From positions 27,344,001 to 27,408,000 of the forward strand of contig CM052817.1 in assembly GCA_028534125.1 (NCBI GenBank): 64,000 nt of DNA, written 5' to 3'. The notes under the pieces were generated by a model that had not been told where the DNA came from, did no database searches, and saw only the letters and a program-made list of their open reading frames with translations. Position 1 is the first letter of the stretch; every line of letters starts with the position of its first letter. The translations under genes and the position numbers were made by a program. This document shows, piece by piece, positions 52,297 to 64,000 of this stretch. The stretch is from Lama glama. Its lineage: Eukaryota.

Positions 52297-52796
52297 NNNN
52301 NNNNNNNNNNNNNNNNNNNNNNNNNNNNNNNNNNNNNNNNNNNNNNNNNNNNNNNNNNNNNNNNNNNNNNNNNNNNNNNNNNNNNNNNNNNNNNNNNNNN
52401 NNNNNNNNNNNNNNNNNNNNNNNNNNNNNNNNNNNNNNNNNNNNNNNNNNNNNNNNNNNNNNNNNNNNNNNNNNNNNNNNNNNNNNNNNNNNNNNNNNNN
52501 NNNNNNNNNNNNNNNNNNNNNNNNNNNNNNNNNNNNNNNNNNNNNNNNNNNNNNNNNNNNNNNNNNNNNNNNNNNNNNNNNNNNNNNNNNNNNNNNNNNN
52601 NNNNNNNNNNNNNNNNNNNNNNNNNNNNNNNNNNNNNNNNNNNNNNNNNNNNNNNNNNNNNNNNNNNNNNNNNNNNNNNNNNNNNNNNNNNNNNNNNNNN
52701 NNNNNNNNNNNNNNNNNNNNNNNNNNNNNNNNNNNNNNNNNNNNNNNNNNNNNNNNNNNNNNNNNNNNNNNNNNNNNNNNNNNNNNNNNNNNNNNN
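52297..52796. other. Assembly gap (500 N), probably hiding LIMCH1 coding exons
   Basis: Run of exactly 500 N; the expected protein segment between QELT and ERYQKEQ was not found in the flanking sequence. Confidence 0.97.
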
Positions 52797-52984
52797 GGTC
52801 TAGGTCTTGCTCCTTAAGTAGAAACGTTTACTCCCTCTTTGAGCAAAAGCTGCTAATTTTCAATGCTAGGAAAATTCTGGCTGTAAACTTACCATGCTTC
52901 TACTTGTTTTCTGCCAGTTTTGTAGAGCAACAGAGCTTCAAAAAGTAACCTAGTAACTTTAGAAACCTAACCTGTGCTGAGTAC

Positions 52985-53205
52985 TTGGGATGTGCCAGAC
53001 TGGCATATTTGTAGGTGCTTGACATATTTGATCTAATTTAACTCTCACAAAACTCTTCAAAGTATGTCTTATTAGTCTCAGTTTGCAACTGAAGAAATTA
53101 AAGCTCAAAAAAGTTAAATAATTTGTGCAAGGTCACATCTCTAATAAATGTTGAGCCTTGTTTCAAATCCAATCCTGGATGACTCTAAACCGCATGTTCT
53201 TCCCA
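52985..53205 (-). mobile_element. MIR SINE
   Basis: atttaactctcacaaaactctt...ttattagtctcagtttgcaactgaagaaattaaagctcaaaaaagttaaataatttgtgcaaggtcaca. Confidence 0.72.
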
Positions 53206-55063
53206 CTCCACTCCCAATGGTATTGATTTTACCCAAAAAGTCATAAAGGAAAAGAATGTTAATTTTTGTGACTCTCTGCCGCTGCGTAGAAAGCAATGCT
53301 TAATGCAAGTTTATTTTGCTTGTTTTTTCTTATCTCTTTGTTCTAATCCTTTGGCTTAATTCCCAAGGGTGGGGAGCAGGAGTCAACTAGATACTCAGTC
53401 AATTGTTGTGTGGCTCTAGGTCTGCCCGTTAAGTTGGACACTTTTCAAAATTACATAAGAGTATACCTTAAGTACAAAATTGTTAGTAAGAACTAGATTC
53501 AGCACAGTCCCAGGGCTGTTGGGACTTTTAGGGCCATTGGAGACCCCAGACCAGTCCTGGTCATCTGCTATTCTCCTGGAAATCAGATGCCCATTCCTCA
53601 GATAAATGGTGAACAACAGGAGTCAGAAATTTCAGAGTGAAGACAGGCAGGTATGTTCCCATGGTGGCTCTCTGTCTGTTACACTCTGAAAGGTGTGGAC
53701 TGTGGGCTTACAGCAAGGTGTTTATGGGGAAGGAAGGGTGTGTGTGTGTGTGATAGTTGTATCATATCTTTCACTTCCTGCATCATCAGTTCATCCACTT
53801 GGTGCAGGAAGCATGTGATGTGAGCTTCTAGAACCAATAAACCTATGGAGCTTTGCTTGTTTTTGGCTTTTGTGAAGTTTTAAGGTCTATTTCCAACATT
53901 CTGAAACCTCCTGAAGAACTTCTTTAAAACTTTACATCAAGTTTTGATAACAACATTGTTGACCAACAGTGGTTTTGCCAGAAGGTAAATAGGAACATTA
54001 GGCTTTAGACAATCCCAATAAAGCCCTTTTGCGTCTACGATGATGACCTAACAAGTGATGCCTGGAGGACACCTCAGTGCCTTCCCCAAGAAGATGGAAG
54101 CACAGGCTTGTCTTAGCTTCAGAGGGAGGATTGACAGTTACCAGCCTAAAATATTTGATTGTGTGTGGTACAGTCCAGTGAGTCCTCTGTCTCTTGACGT
54201 GTCAGGGATGCAATTCCCAAGGCATCCAGGAGTGTCAGTTCTCATCGGAAGCGTTAATTTTAATCTCCATGAACACATTTCTTCTAGTCAGTGTCAGGGA
54301 CTCCAGTCACAGTTTTAAAGCTATCCTTACCGTTACTATCCTTATCTTAGAGTATTTTACCTTTTCCCCCCAAAGTGGTGACTAGTGTTGTATTGTTTCT
54401 GAAAACTGATAGCAGTTCTGGTTTTGAAGGCTTCTAACGGGCTGTTTAAAAGCTACTCTTAATTCAGAAGGACATAAAGCTAGGAAGAGTCCATTTTAGG
54501 AGAATGGCTGCAAGCAAAGAGTAATTCAGCTACTACTAAGCTAATTATCATGTTGTCCACTTTGAACCTTTCTCCATTGTCTATCTTACAAACCTATGAG
54601 AGGTGTTTTTTTGTTTGTTTTTTTACCTTTTAGTAAACTCTCCCAGCAGCAACGTATTTCTCTTGGTGGGATGGCAAAACTCATCTCTGAACAGCCCAGT
54701 AAAAGCAAACTCTTGGTTTAACCTACCTCTTAGGACAAAACCAATTTAAGAAAGATTTTAGAATCTCTCTGCTTTTTCATCTTTTCTCTTTCCATAAGCG
54801 GCTGTCTGACCATAGAAAAACAATCCTGTGAAACACTCTCAGCAGAAAATCTTGTTCTCTGTTGGATTTTTATGTCCCTAATATGTTTGAGGACCACAAA
54901 TGGCCTTCCCCTTCTGTTGCGTGAATGAGTTAGATTCAGAACGTTACAACAAGGAGATAGTAATAGTCTTGTGACACATTATACATGATGGTTCAGTGGG
55001 GGAAGTGTCCCGATGATGCATGCAGTGGTCAGTTCAGAACAATCTATGGAAATTCCACAACAG

Positions 55064-55156
55064 GAGAGATACCAGAAGGAGCAGGACAAGCTGAAAGAAG
55101 AATGGGAAAAGGCCCAAAAGGAGGTGGAAGAGGAAGAACGCCGATACCACGAGGAG
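55064..55156 (+). CDS. LIMCH1: LIMCH1 exon ([31 protein letters not shown]), 93 nt, phase 0-0
   Basis: Acceptor ttccacaacag, donor GAG|gtagga; coiled-coil peptide. Confidence 0.95.
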
Positions 55157-56025
55157 GTAGGAAATTCCCCAGGAGGAGTTTGACTGTGAAGCCCCACTTC
55201 CTCAAAGTCCATCAGCACTTCCCGTGGCTGTGGGATGTGCGTGCATGTGGCGATGTCACAGCAGAACCCCATCAACCTTTCGAAAGGGTCTTATCCTATA
55301 GGCTCTAAAAGATCACTATTCTCCCAAATTTAGTCTGTGGCTAGGGCATCGAGTCACTGTCAAAGGAGACAATATAACCATATCTGTTCTCTAGTCACAG
55401 AGTCAGATTCTTGATTTATCCTGGAGAGATGACATCAAAGGATCAATTTACTTACTCGTGTGTTTGTTTGAGGCAAACATGTTTAGTAGTAATGGCTTAA
55501 TATTAATTTTACAAGGCTAATTTTGATAATCGAGGCTAAATGAACTCTTACTACCACATTCACTACATGGTACTAAAGAGATTCAGAGGGGAGGAGAATT
55601 TGGTTTTGTTTCATTTTTTTTAGATGAACAAACCAGACCACATTCGAGAATTTGAAGGGAGCTACACTTTATGTATATTATCTAAAGTTTGTTTAAGATT
55701 AATATTGTTGTGAATTTTATCTTCAATAATAATTTTTGTGCATAATCTGATCCCCAAAAGCATTTCTAATTAGGCTTCTTGAATCACACAAAGTAATTAA
55801 TTGGCAAAAATTTTATTTTCCTAAATTAAATGCTAATTTCTAAATCACTGCCCGTAGAGAGCGTTATGTGATTACATGCTTTTAGAAAATAAGAACTTTT
55901 TTTAAGTGACCTGCTTATTTGCACATAATTCCAATGTTCTCCTAAAGTTCCTTAATGAAATTTTTCTCTTGATAAGTAAGATTTTTCACTTTCCCTCTTT
56001 CATTAATTCCTATCCTTCCCCTTAG

Positions 56026-56130
56026 GAGCGAAAAATAATTGAGGACACTGTGGTTCCATTTACTATTTCTTCAAGTTCTGCAGACCAGCTGTCTACATCC
56101 TCCTCTGTGACTGAAGGCAGTGGGACAGGG
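56026..56130 (+). CDS. LIMCH1: LIMCH1 exon ([35 protein letters not shown]), 105 nt, phase 0-0
   Basis: Acceptor tccttccccttag, donor GGG|gtgaga. Confidence 0.95.
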
Positions 56131-57524
56131 GTGAGACCATAGATTAAAAGCAATTTGTGGAATAAATAATCCAACATAGAAATGCACAAAACCACAAGGC
56201 CAAATTTTCCACCAGCTTAAATCCAGGACTGGCTATTTCTCTAGAATCATGTCAGCTACTACATGGCCGTTGCACCCCATGGTACTGTCATTGCCACAGC
56301 CTAACCCTTAAGTCAGTTCCTGAGAAGTAGTAAAGACGTTACGGAGGCCAGATCTGTCCCCCCCCGGCTGGTAACCAAAGTCTCTGTGCTGGCTGGCAAA
56401 CCCTGGTTAGTGACGCCATGTGCTGGAATGTCCTCCTCACGGCCTAGCATTCATTCAGTCAACAGACATGTCTTTCTCTCTTTGCACTGGATGCTAGCAG
56501 CAGGATGCCAATAGTATGCTCTCCACCAGCCTCCATGAAAGTTGCTTCTAAATCACTCTTAAAATTCTACGTGAAATATATATGTATGTCTTTAAGGGAT
56601 GGAGAGGGTCCAGAAAATCTGATCTGCCTCCGTGTCCCCCAAGGAAGGTCGTGGAGGCAGGTGGGCAGAAGTCATACCAAGACCTGGGTCGTTCATAATC
56701 TGCGTTTTATTTTTTGATGGTACAAAAACAGAATAAATTCATTTGTAATAAACATAAGTATAATATCACTTGTGTATGTCATATTTCTTATTTATATAGT
56801 CAATTAGGGTATGCTGTAATACACTACAATTTTTTTAATTATCCACTTTATGCAAATTAAGATTGCACAAAAGCAATCAACTAAATTCAGTATTACCTAG
56901 TTACTCAGAAAGTCCAGATTATTGCTTATATTTGCTCTTGTATACACAGATTATCACAAAGTCAAACCTTTCATATCTCTTTCATGTACTATAATGATAT
57001 TTAAAATATGAAACATTTCCTAGATTTTAAAATAAGTTGTTTATATATTATAATCAAAGGAATTCTACCCTGTCCAACAGCTTTTCAGTATCCACCAGCC
57101 ACTTTTAAATGCCAAAATTTGAAGTGTATTTTTTATTGAAAGTTTAAATTAAAGGTTTTTTAAAAATTATTTTTATACAATTTTTAAAGGTTAAACTCCA
57201 TAGTCTGTATTTTAAAAGAACTGCCTGGGCACTAGAAAGCCACTTGTCCCGAAATGAACAAGTTCAAAACAATATGACTTTGTTTTATTTTGAAAGATGG
57301 GCTTTCTAGCCAATTCCCTTTTATGGTAACTTTTGAGAGAGACCCAGATGACATGGTCATTTCAAATTGTTGGAAATCAGTTGCTATTCAATTAATTTGG
57401 ATGACTGTCTTTAAATTGTAGGCAACATGATTGAAAAACTGCTTCAAATATCCCATGGCCAGATACATGTATTGTCAGTGTGTTTAAAAATTATATTCAA
57501 GATTATCTTTGTTTTCCCCATTAG

Positions 57525-57652
57525 AATAAGATGGACTTGGAAAACTGTCGAGAAGAAGAGCAAACGATAAGACAGAAGAAACCATTCCAGGGGGACAACA
57601 GTGACTCATTGCTAAAGACTCAGGAAGGTGCCCCACTGGAGGAAAAGGGCAG
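57525..57652 (+). CDS. LIMCH1: LIMCH1 exon ([13 protein letters not shown]...PLEEKG-S), 128 nt, phase 0-2
   Basis: Acceptor gttttccccattag, donor AG|gtatga. Confidence 0.93.
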
Positions 57653-58242
57653 GTATGAGCCAGACCAGGCTGACCGTCCACCTGCACAAAGCCAGGCTCT
57701 ACCCCTTCACCCCAGGAAAGATGCCCATCACTAATGCAAATCATATTCGGCTTTGAAATGATCATTTCAATAATACGTTATGCGTATACTATTGCTTGAA
57801 CACATTCTAACAGCTCTGAAGTCAGTGTCCTTATGCTACTGAATATAAATAGCCTTATATTTAAATAGCTAAAACCTTTTTTTAAATAAGGAGAGGCAGT
57901 ATAGATCATCAAAGGAGTATACTGTCTATTCAGAGTCCCAAACCTAAAATATTGCTCACTGGAAATGGTTAATGTGTCTGAAGGGTTAATGTGTCTGGAG
58001 GTTAAGAAGAGGCCGTGGTGTCCCACTTAAGTTTGTTAAATTGATAGATAATGAAAATGAATAGCATTTTACAGTATTTTAAATCCAAGTTAAATCTAAT
58101 TTAAAATAAAAATAAATATTTAGTTAGCCCCATTTCTTTTTTCATATTGTAATTGGTACTTACATGTCCTGAGGGTAAGATCAGTAAGTTTAGTTCAGTT
58201 GCTTTTATCCCTGTTCTGAAATATATTTATTTATTTTAACAG

Positions 58243-58364
58243 CCTAACTCAAGGAGTCTTGACTCATTCTGAGAACCCTGTATCAAAAGGAACCCATCAG
58301 GACCATCCGCTGGATACGGACGCTGGGTCCCCGCCCTGTGGGGTGAACCCACAGCTAGCTCAGG
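58243..58364 (+). CDS. LIMCH1: LIMCH1 exon ([16 protein letters not shown]...VNPQLAQ-D), 122 nt, phase 2-1
   Basis: Acceptor ttattttaacag, donor AGG|gtgaga. Confidence 0.93.
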
Positions 58365-58616
58365 GTGAGAATGGAGAAGACCAGCCAACCCCCATCCCCA
58401 CATCGTCCAGACAGATATGGCCTCTCAGGCTGCAGGCTTCTCTTCCAGCTTGTGCTAAACAGCACAGTGAACAAAATTCCACCACCATGTGTCCAGAGGC
58501 TCCATGAAATCACTGTGGGACCTCAGGAGGCATTAGCGCTTAAAAGCGAGGTGATTACTAAGCACTAGGTGATGCCTTTATTGAGCACTAAGTGTATGCT
58601 CTTTACTTGGCCTTAG

Positions 58617-58740
58617 ATCCATCCCAGAATCAGCAGGTATCAAACCCACCAACGCACATTTTAGAAGATGTGAAGCCCAAAACCCTCTCGTTGGATAAGA
58701 CCATTAACCATCAGATTGAGTCTCCAAGTGAAAGACGAAA
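58617..58740 (+). CDS. LIMCH1: LIMCH1 exon ((D)[11 protein letters not shown]...[11 protein letters not shown]), 124 nt, phase 1-2
   Basis: Acceptor ctttacttggccttag, donor AA|gtgagt. Confidence 0.94.
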
Positions 58741-59199
58741 GTGAGTAACCAAATAAGATGGATGTGGAATTTCTTTTTTCTTTTAATTGACTAAGGGGGA
58801 AAACTGAAAAAGTGTGAGATGGCAAGATGTTAGCAGCATTTTTGTGCTTGTCACTCCATTGCCTGTCATTGACAAGGGAATAAATATTTGCGGAAGTTTG
58901 GGACAATCTTCGTGGCAAGTAAATATTTACTCTGAATTTAGCAACTGAAAAGAGGCAAAGAAAGATTTTTAACCCACAAATCTAAGCATTGGAAAGATTT
59001 TGCAGGTCTGCTGCATGAGCAACTTATTTAAGTGAGTTAAATTGTCTCAGAGCCTATTGACAAACGTTCTTTCAAGGAAAAAAAATGTGTTTGTCTCATT
59101 ACCATTTTTTCCCCTTAAGTAACTTACCCCAGGTTCCATTCTAATTTTGTAAGAATTGTATTTTTTCACAATAGTAATAATTCCCATCATTTTCAAAGT

Positions 59200-59665
59200 A
59201 TACCAATATTAATAGACACTATGTTGAAAAGTTTACATATATTTCTCTCCTCTTCTTTTTATATATTAACTCACTGAACTCTCCCAATAACTTTATTGGG
59301 TTATTATTCGCATTTTACAGATGAGGACATTGAGTCTCAAGGAAATTAAATGACTTAACCAAAGTACTTGACTGGTTAAGTGGTAGAGGGAGTCAGAGTG
59401 AGCCCACAGTTCCACAGTAAAATCATATTTCAGCCAGAGGGCCCTTGTAATCAGTTTTTAAAATATAACTTTCATTATGCTTTATCGAGTCATGCTACCT
59501 GGAGCCAGACCACCAGGATTCAAATTTGGATTCTGCCGCTTGCCTGCATAGAACTTTGAGCAAGATACTTTATCTTTCTCTGCCTCAGTTTCCTCATGTC
59601 TAAAATGGGAACACTGGCGGTACCCACCTCGTAGGGTTTTGTGCCTGGCAGGTATTAAATACTAC
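59200..59665. mobile_element. Two MIR remnants in opposite orientation (about 59200-59400 minus, 59495-59665 plus)
   Basis: cattttacagatgaggacattgag...aaatgacttaaccaaagt, and ggagccagaccaccaggattcaaat...ctgcctcagtttcctcatgtctaaaatggg. Confidence 0.72.
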
Positions 59666-60723
59666 ACAGTGTAGGTGGTGGTATTGATAAACTCAGTGAT
59701 GGTGATGATGATGATGATGATAACTTGCTTTATAACTTAATCTTTTTATCTTACTTTTCTTGTTATGTGTTTTTCTCTGTACAGTTTTGAACCATTTCCC
59801 CCTTTTCCTCTGTCTATCCAATTTCATTTCTATGTGTCTAGATGACACGCAGAATTAATAAAAGGTAAAATCACGTAGAAGGAATCATCACTGTCATTGA
59901 TTATCATGGTGGTTTTCAACCTCTGTTGAGGCGGTGGTCCTTACACTTCAGGACATCCCTGGGAAGCTATGTTCGGAGAAGAAAACCTCTGCCTGAGGGT
60001 GGCTGGGGAGGGGAGGGGCTCGGGGAGTTATTCTGAAAGCAGTTACAGGACAGATGGCCTCATGCTCTGTTCACATTGATGTGGCATTTCTCTTTTCCTC
60101 ATTCTTTTCTGCGTTCTATCCCTTTCTTTACAAGTGAAATTAACTTTTCAAAGCAAGAGCCCAGAACTGACAGCTTAATCATAGGCAGGGCTCATGTGTA
60201 AACCATTTTAGGAGCTCCTGGCTGGGGACCATTCTGCTTTGTAGACGCCTATAACGCAGCAGTTATTAAATGTTTTGAACATCACTCCTGATCACGTGTA
60301 CCCGTGATTAATTTCTGAGCCGGGGAGGAGGCCACCCCACTAAAAAACACCCCCTTAAGCACTTCCCTTTATTTCTGGGCTCTCTTTAAGAGCTTTTCCC
60401 TACATCCCTACTCATCTCTCCCCTCCCACCCAGTCCATAATTTTAATCTGACTCCACGTACAATTTTAACTAGCAAAGAACCTGGCAGAAATAAAAAGTA
60501 GGAAACTATTCTGTTTTTTCTGTTCAATAATGCCAGGCTGGTTTTGACATTAGTCTGTATAATCTTTGCTAGATGGAATTAACTTTTGTGTGTCCTTTGT
60601 GTGTCCTTTATTTGGTTGTCACAGAGGCGATTCCTTTTTTTGTTCTTACCTGAAATGTCTTTTCTTGTGGCATTGGGCTTCTCTTTCCTTGTCGTGATGT
60701 TTGGCTCCTCTACCGTGTTGCAG

Positions 60724-60801
60724 GAAAAGCCCTCGCGAGAACTTCCAGGCTGGGCACTTGTCCCCCTGCTCACCTACCCCTCCTGGCCAGTCACCAAACA
60801 G
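60724..60801 (+). CDS. LIMCH1: LIMCH1 78-nt symmetric exon ([26 protein letters not shown]), phase 2-2
   Basis: Acceptor taccgtgttgcag, donor AG|gtacaa; peptide matches the recalled LIMCH1 segment before the LIM domain. Confidence 0.92.
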
Positions 60802-60923
60802 GTACAAGGGGTCAGCAAGCCTTTCTGAGGCTGCTTTGTTTTGACTAGAGCCTGCCGAGCACAGTCACAGCCGAATTAGTGCCTGCTGGATGATCATGAG
60901 GGATTTGTCCACCTGTGTCTCTT

Positions 60924-60945
60924 CACACACACACACACACACACA
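60924..60945 (+). repeat. (CA)11 microsatellite
   Basis: Directly visible. Confidence 0.9.
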
Positions 60946-62172
60946 GACACAGGAGGAAAGAATACATCCCCATCCGCCTGAAGATTGTATCAGCCCACGA
61001 TCGGAAGAGCCAAGTGTGTAACGCTGGCACGGCTGTGGCCATCGGCTTTAATTACATTGTGTGGAACCTGCAATCTAATAATGAAATCCACCAGACAAGT
61101 GCTGGGCTCCTCTGTCGGCGCCTTTCCCTCCAAGACGGCTCCGTCCTTCTAGGCAGGATCCGCTGATGGCTCTTACAGTGAAGCGGGCGGGGGCTGAGGA
61201 ACGAAACTTCACCCCCTCTCTCACTCTACTCAAGCTCTCTAATGATTGCTTCTGGACGTTAATTGGGCCCCATGATGGTCTTAAAAGCTGCCTGAGCTCC
61301 CAGTCACTGGAGAGAGAAATTACTGAGTACTCAGGTTTTCTTCGATTTAGAAATTTCCTTTCACTACTGGGTCAGAGGGAAATCCTAATACAGAGGGTTT
61401 GCTGAGGGCACCTCCTCCTGTTTTCTCCTCTTCCTTCCTGTTTCTTCTGTCTCTGGTTCCTGGTAGCTTCTGAATGAGACTGTGTATTTTGAAGTTTCTT
61501 GTGTAATTCCAAGAGTTTCCCAGGCAGTCGGCATCACTGCGGTGTGATCTCAGCTGCAGGACAGCTGCGGCAGAGGACAGCCCCCCTGCCCACGCCGGTG
61601 TGAGCTCTTCACACCAGCTCACAGAACTCGGTGTCAGAGCAGGGATTTGACCCCTTACCTGCCTGGTACCTGGTGGGCTGAATCACATTTCCCTCTTTCT
61701 TTTTAAAGAACAGCAAAGTATTTTTTAATAAGTGAAGAGAAATGCCTTAGTGGGCCGGGCCATTGAACCAATGATGGGAAAAGTTAAGGCAACACTGAAA
61801 CCTTAGTAGAGCGAAACTTGATTGTCTTTTAGGACTTCAGAAAACTTACGATAATACATTGAATCATTTCAAGGCATTTGATTGCTGTGGTTAATGGACT
61901 CCAACACAAACTTTTTATAATAACTAACACACACACACAATTCCATGCCACAGTGGAGGCCTGTTGTATGTAATCTATCAATTGTCTCATCTTCTATCTA
62001 ATGCTTAATTCTTGTTCATTATCAGTTCAGTTAATTGTCATTTCATTAATGATGTCAATGTTTTAAAAACCCATGTTTTCATTTTTTTTTTTTTGCATGA
62101 GGCAGCATATTTTGTGTTTGACCAAGGATTCTGAACAGAAGCCTTCGCTCTTCCCTGTGTTTTGCACCCTAG

Positions 62173-62281
62173 GTCTATCAGTGGCAAGAAGCTGTGCTCC
62201 TCGTGTGGGCTTCCGCTGGGTAAGGGGGCTGCAATGATCATTGAGACCCTCAGTCTCTACTTCCACATCCAGTGCTTTAGG
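62173..62281 (+). CDS. LIMCH1: LIMCH1 exon, first zinc finger of the LIM domain ([36 protein letters not shown]), 109 nt, phase 2-0
   Basis: Acceptor gttttgcaccctag, donor AGG|gtacgt; CxxC...HxxC LIM signature. Confidence 0.97.
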
Positions 62282-62619
62282 GTACGTGTTCTTCACTCTT
62301 CTCCCTACGCCCAACGTCGTGATGTGTTTGGCCTCATTCTGGACTGAGTGATGCCTTCTGGGCGTCCTGGCGGCTTTGCCGGGGAGGTGCCCCCACGGTA
62401 GGCTGTGCACAGAAGTGTGCGTGGAGTCATCCTTCGGGGTGAAACTCTCCGATCACGTATCCCTCCGGGATGTCGGGTTAGAGGAAGCAAAACAGATTTG
62501 TGCAACGTGTCTTATAAAACAGTTAATTCATAGAATGAGTATCACTCCCTCTGAGAGGCTGCCCTGCTCACCCCACTGAGTCCAGCCGCCTTTGTTACAG
62601 GTCCTTACAGTGGTCCTTA

Positions 62620-62770
62620 TCACTCACTCCTGAACTAATCATCCTCTCCTGTAATGAACTGTTACCTCCATAAGGGCAGGGACCGCATCCGTCTGGCTCA
62701 CCACTGTTTCCTCTGGGCCCAGCAGAGATGGTACCAATTAGTGTTTTTAGATGACTGAGTTAATGAATAA
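62620..62770 (+). mobile_element. L2 3' end remnant
   Basis: ctccataagggcagggaccgcatccgtctggctcaccactgtttcctctgggcccagca...gatgactgagttaatgaat. Confidence 0.65.
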
Positions 62771-64000
62771 CTGAAAATGAGGAGGCCTAGATTCTAGTCC
62801 CACATCTCCTGTTAATAAGTAGGTGAGCTAACCACTTGTGGCTGATTTGTTATAAAATGTACAGGTTGGACTACACCAGCATTTCCTTTTTTTTCACTCA
62901 GGACATGTTTGAAATTAATATAATTTTTATAATTAAATAATACAATTTTGAAGCCAAACCCTCTAGCTCTGAATAAAAAGCATTTATTTCTCTTTGTAAC
63001 TCTAATGTGCTTTTTTTGTCCTTCTTCAATTTTGTCTTGTTTCTTGTTGATAGCCCCCTCAGCTATAAAGTAAACTAAAAAGGGTTTAAAATAATTCCTA
63101 CTCTACTACTATCTAAGAGAAAGTGAATGAAGTTGGCCGCAAATTCTTAATGTAATAATGTTGGTAGTCCCTGGAAAGCAAAACTTATCAGGGACAAAAC
63201 GCAACATGGTGACTTAATTAAACTCAATTTATCAACATTCTCATTGCAAAATTCACATAGACAATGTATATCCTAAGTTGTCTAGGACTGTTTTGAGACT
63301 CAAGGTAGATACTTTAAAATTATCATGGTAATACAAAGATAATATGTTCCAACACCAGGGTTTATTCTCAGAAACTTTACCTGAACTCAAAATAATCAAG
63401 GTGGTGAAGAGTCTTTGCAGATTCTCAACAGATGGGGGACTTGTGTTCTTGTCTGTCAAGGCCTTTGTTCTCTGTCGTCATTCACTCCCTGGAGCTGGCC
63501 TGATGCTCTGAGGTACATCCCCTCTGGAATTGATCCCCTACCCTTCTGATGCAGGTGCAGCTTGTAACCATCATTTGGATGAAACCTCCCTCTGCCCAGG
63601 ATGACTTAGAGCATGAGTCTGGGGCTGGCCCTCTTCTCCTGGGCTGGGTCATGATCCCCCCGTGAGAGGCTGGCGTGAAGCCACCCCCACTGCCGCCGCC
63701 TCTGGTCCAGCCAGGACAGTGTATCTCAGTCTCCTTCTGCACCAGGCTGGCTTGGCTGAAGGGAGTCCCATGCCCAGTGGCTGTCTTACTCTAGGGGGCA
63801 CTGCCCTAACGTGGAAACTTAAGGCGGAACGGCTACTCCCCCGTCATTGTGGTCTGGTAGAACTCACCGGCAGTGCTGAAAAGCATTTGAAGAGTATTCA
63901 GAGACAAGTTTCAATGTATAATTCCTGGGCCATGTGTCTACTTAAAACCACCAGGATTTAGTCTGTTTAAAATGGCTCTTCCATTTTGATTGAGTGCTGC

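Larger units (their letters stand above)
1..64000 (+). other. LIMCH1: LIMCH1 gene, partial (internal portion; 5' and 3' ends outside the window)
   Basis: Chain of GT-AG exons that splice into one frame matching the LIMCH1 protein as I recall it (CH domain [15 protein letters not shown]..., DUF4757-type region [17 protein letters not shown] domain [17 protein letters not shown]...HIQCFR). Confidence 0.97.

Noticed and set aside
52248..52817. ORFs of 174-189 aa
   Set aside because: Almost entirely X residues from the N gap.
53960..53990. gccagaag|gtaaat as a donor for one of the missing LIMCH1 exons
   Set aside because: The upstream translation (WFCQK) does not match the expected segment and I found no supporting acceptor or open exon.
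57967..58005. Short tandem repeat ggttaatgtgtctg x2
   Set aside because: Two copies only, ordinary slippage duplication; not a CRISPR-like or functional array.
1..64000. Prokaryote-style novel system (CRISPR array, operon, defence island) or nested RNA gene
   Set aside because: The window is intron-exon mammalian DNA explained by one gene plus common repeats; I saw no repeat-spacer array and no snoRNA or miRNA I could support.

Overview
Mammalian genomic DNA, most likely a camelid (two copies of a tRNA-derived SINE resembling Vic-1). The whole 64 kb lies inside one plus-strand gene, LIMCH1 (LIM and calponin homology domains 1). I traced 24 internal coding exons with GT-AG boundaries and consistent phases, from the C-terminal half of the CH domain (6396) to the first half of the LIM domain (62281). 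There is also a probable alternative start exon (MDSERRVK, 20079-20102). The 5' and 3' ends of the gene are outside the window. Two 500-N gaps are present, and the second almost certainly hides several coding exons. The most notable structure is a block of seven extra in-frame exons (27329-36478, 1617 nt). They carry a repeated, evenly spaced 'PD..KDD...RR' peptide module in phase-2 symmetric exons, with weak splice sites and nearby RBFOX/QKI/MBNL-type motifs. Introns hold ordinary MIR, L2, L1, MLT1 and DNA-transposon remnants. No prokaryote-type system, RNA gene or second protein-coding gene is supported. Comparisons to human/mouse LIMCH1 and repeat family names are from recall, not database searches.
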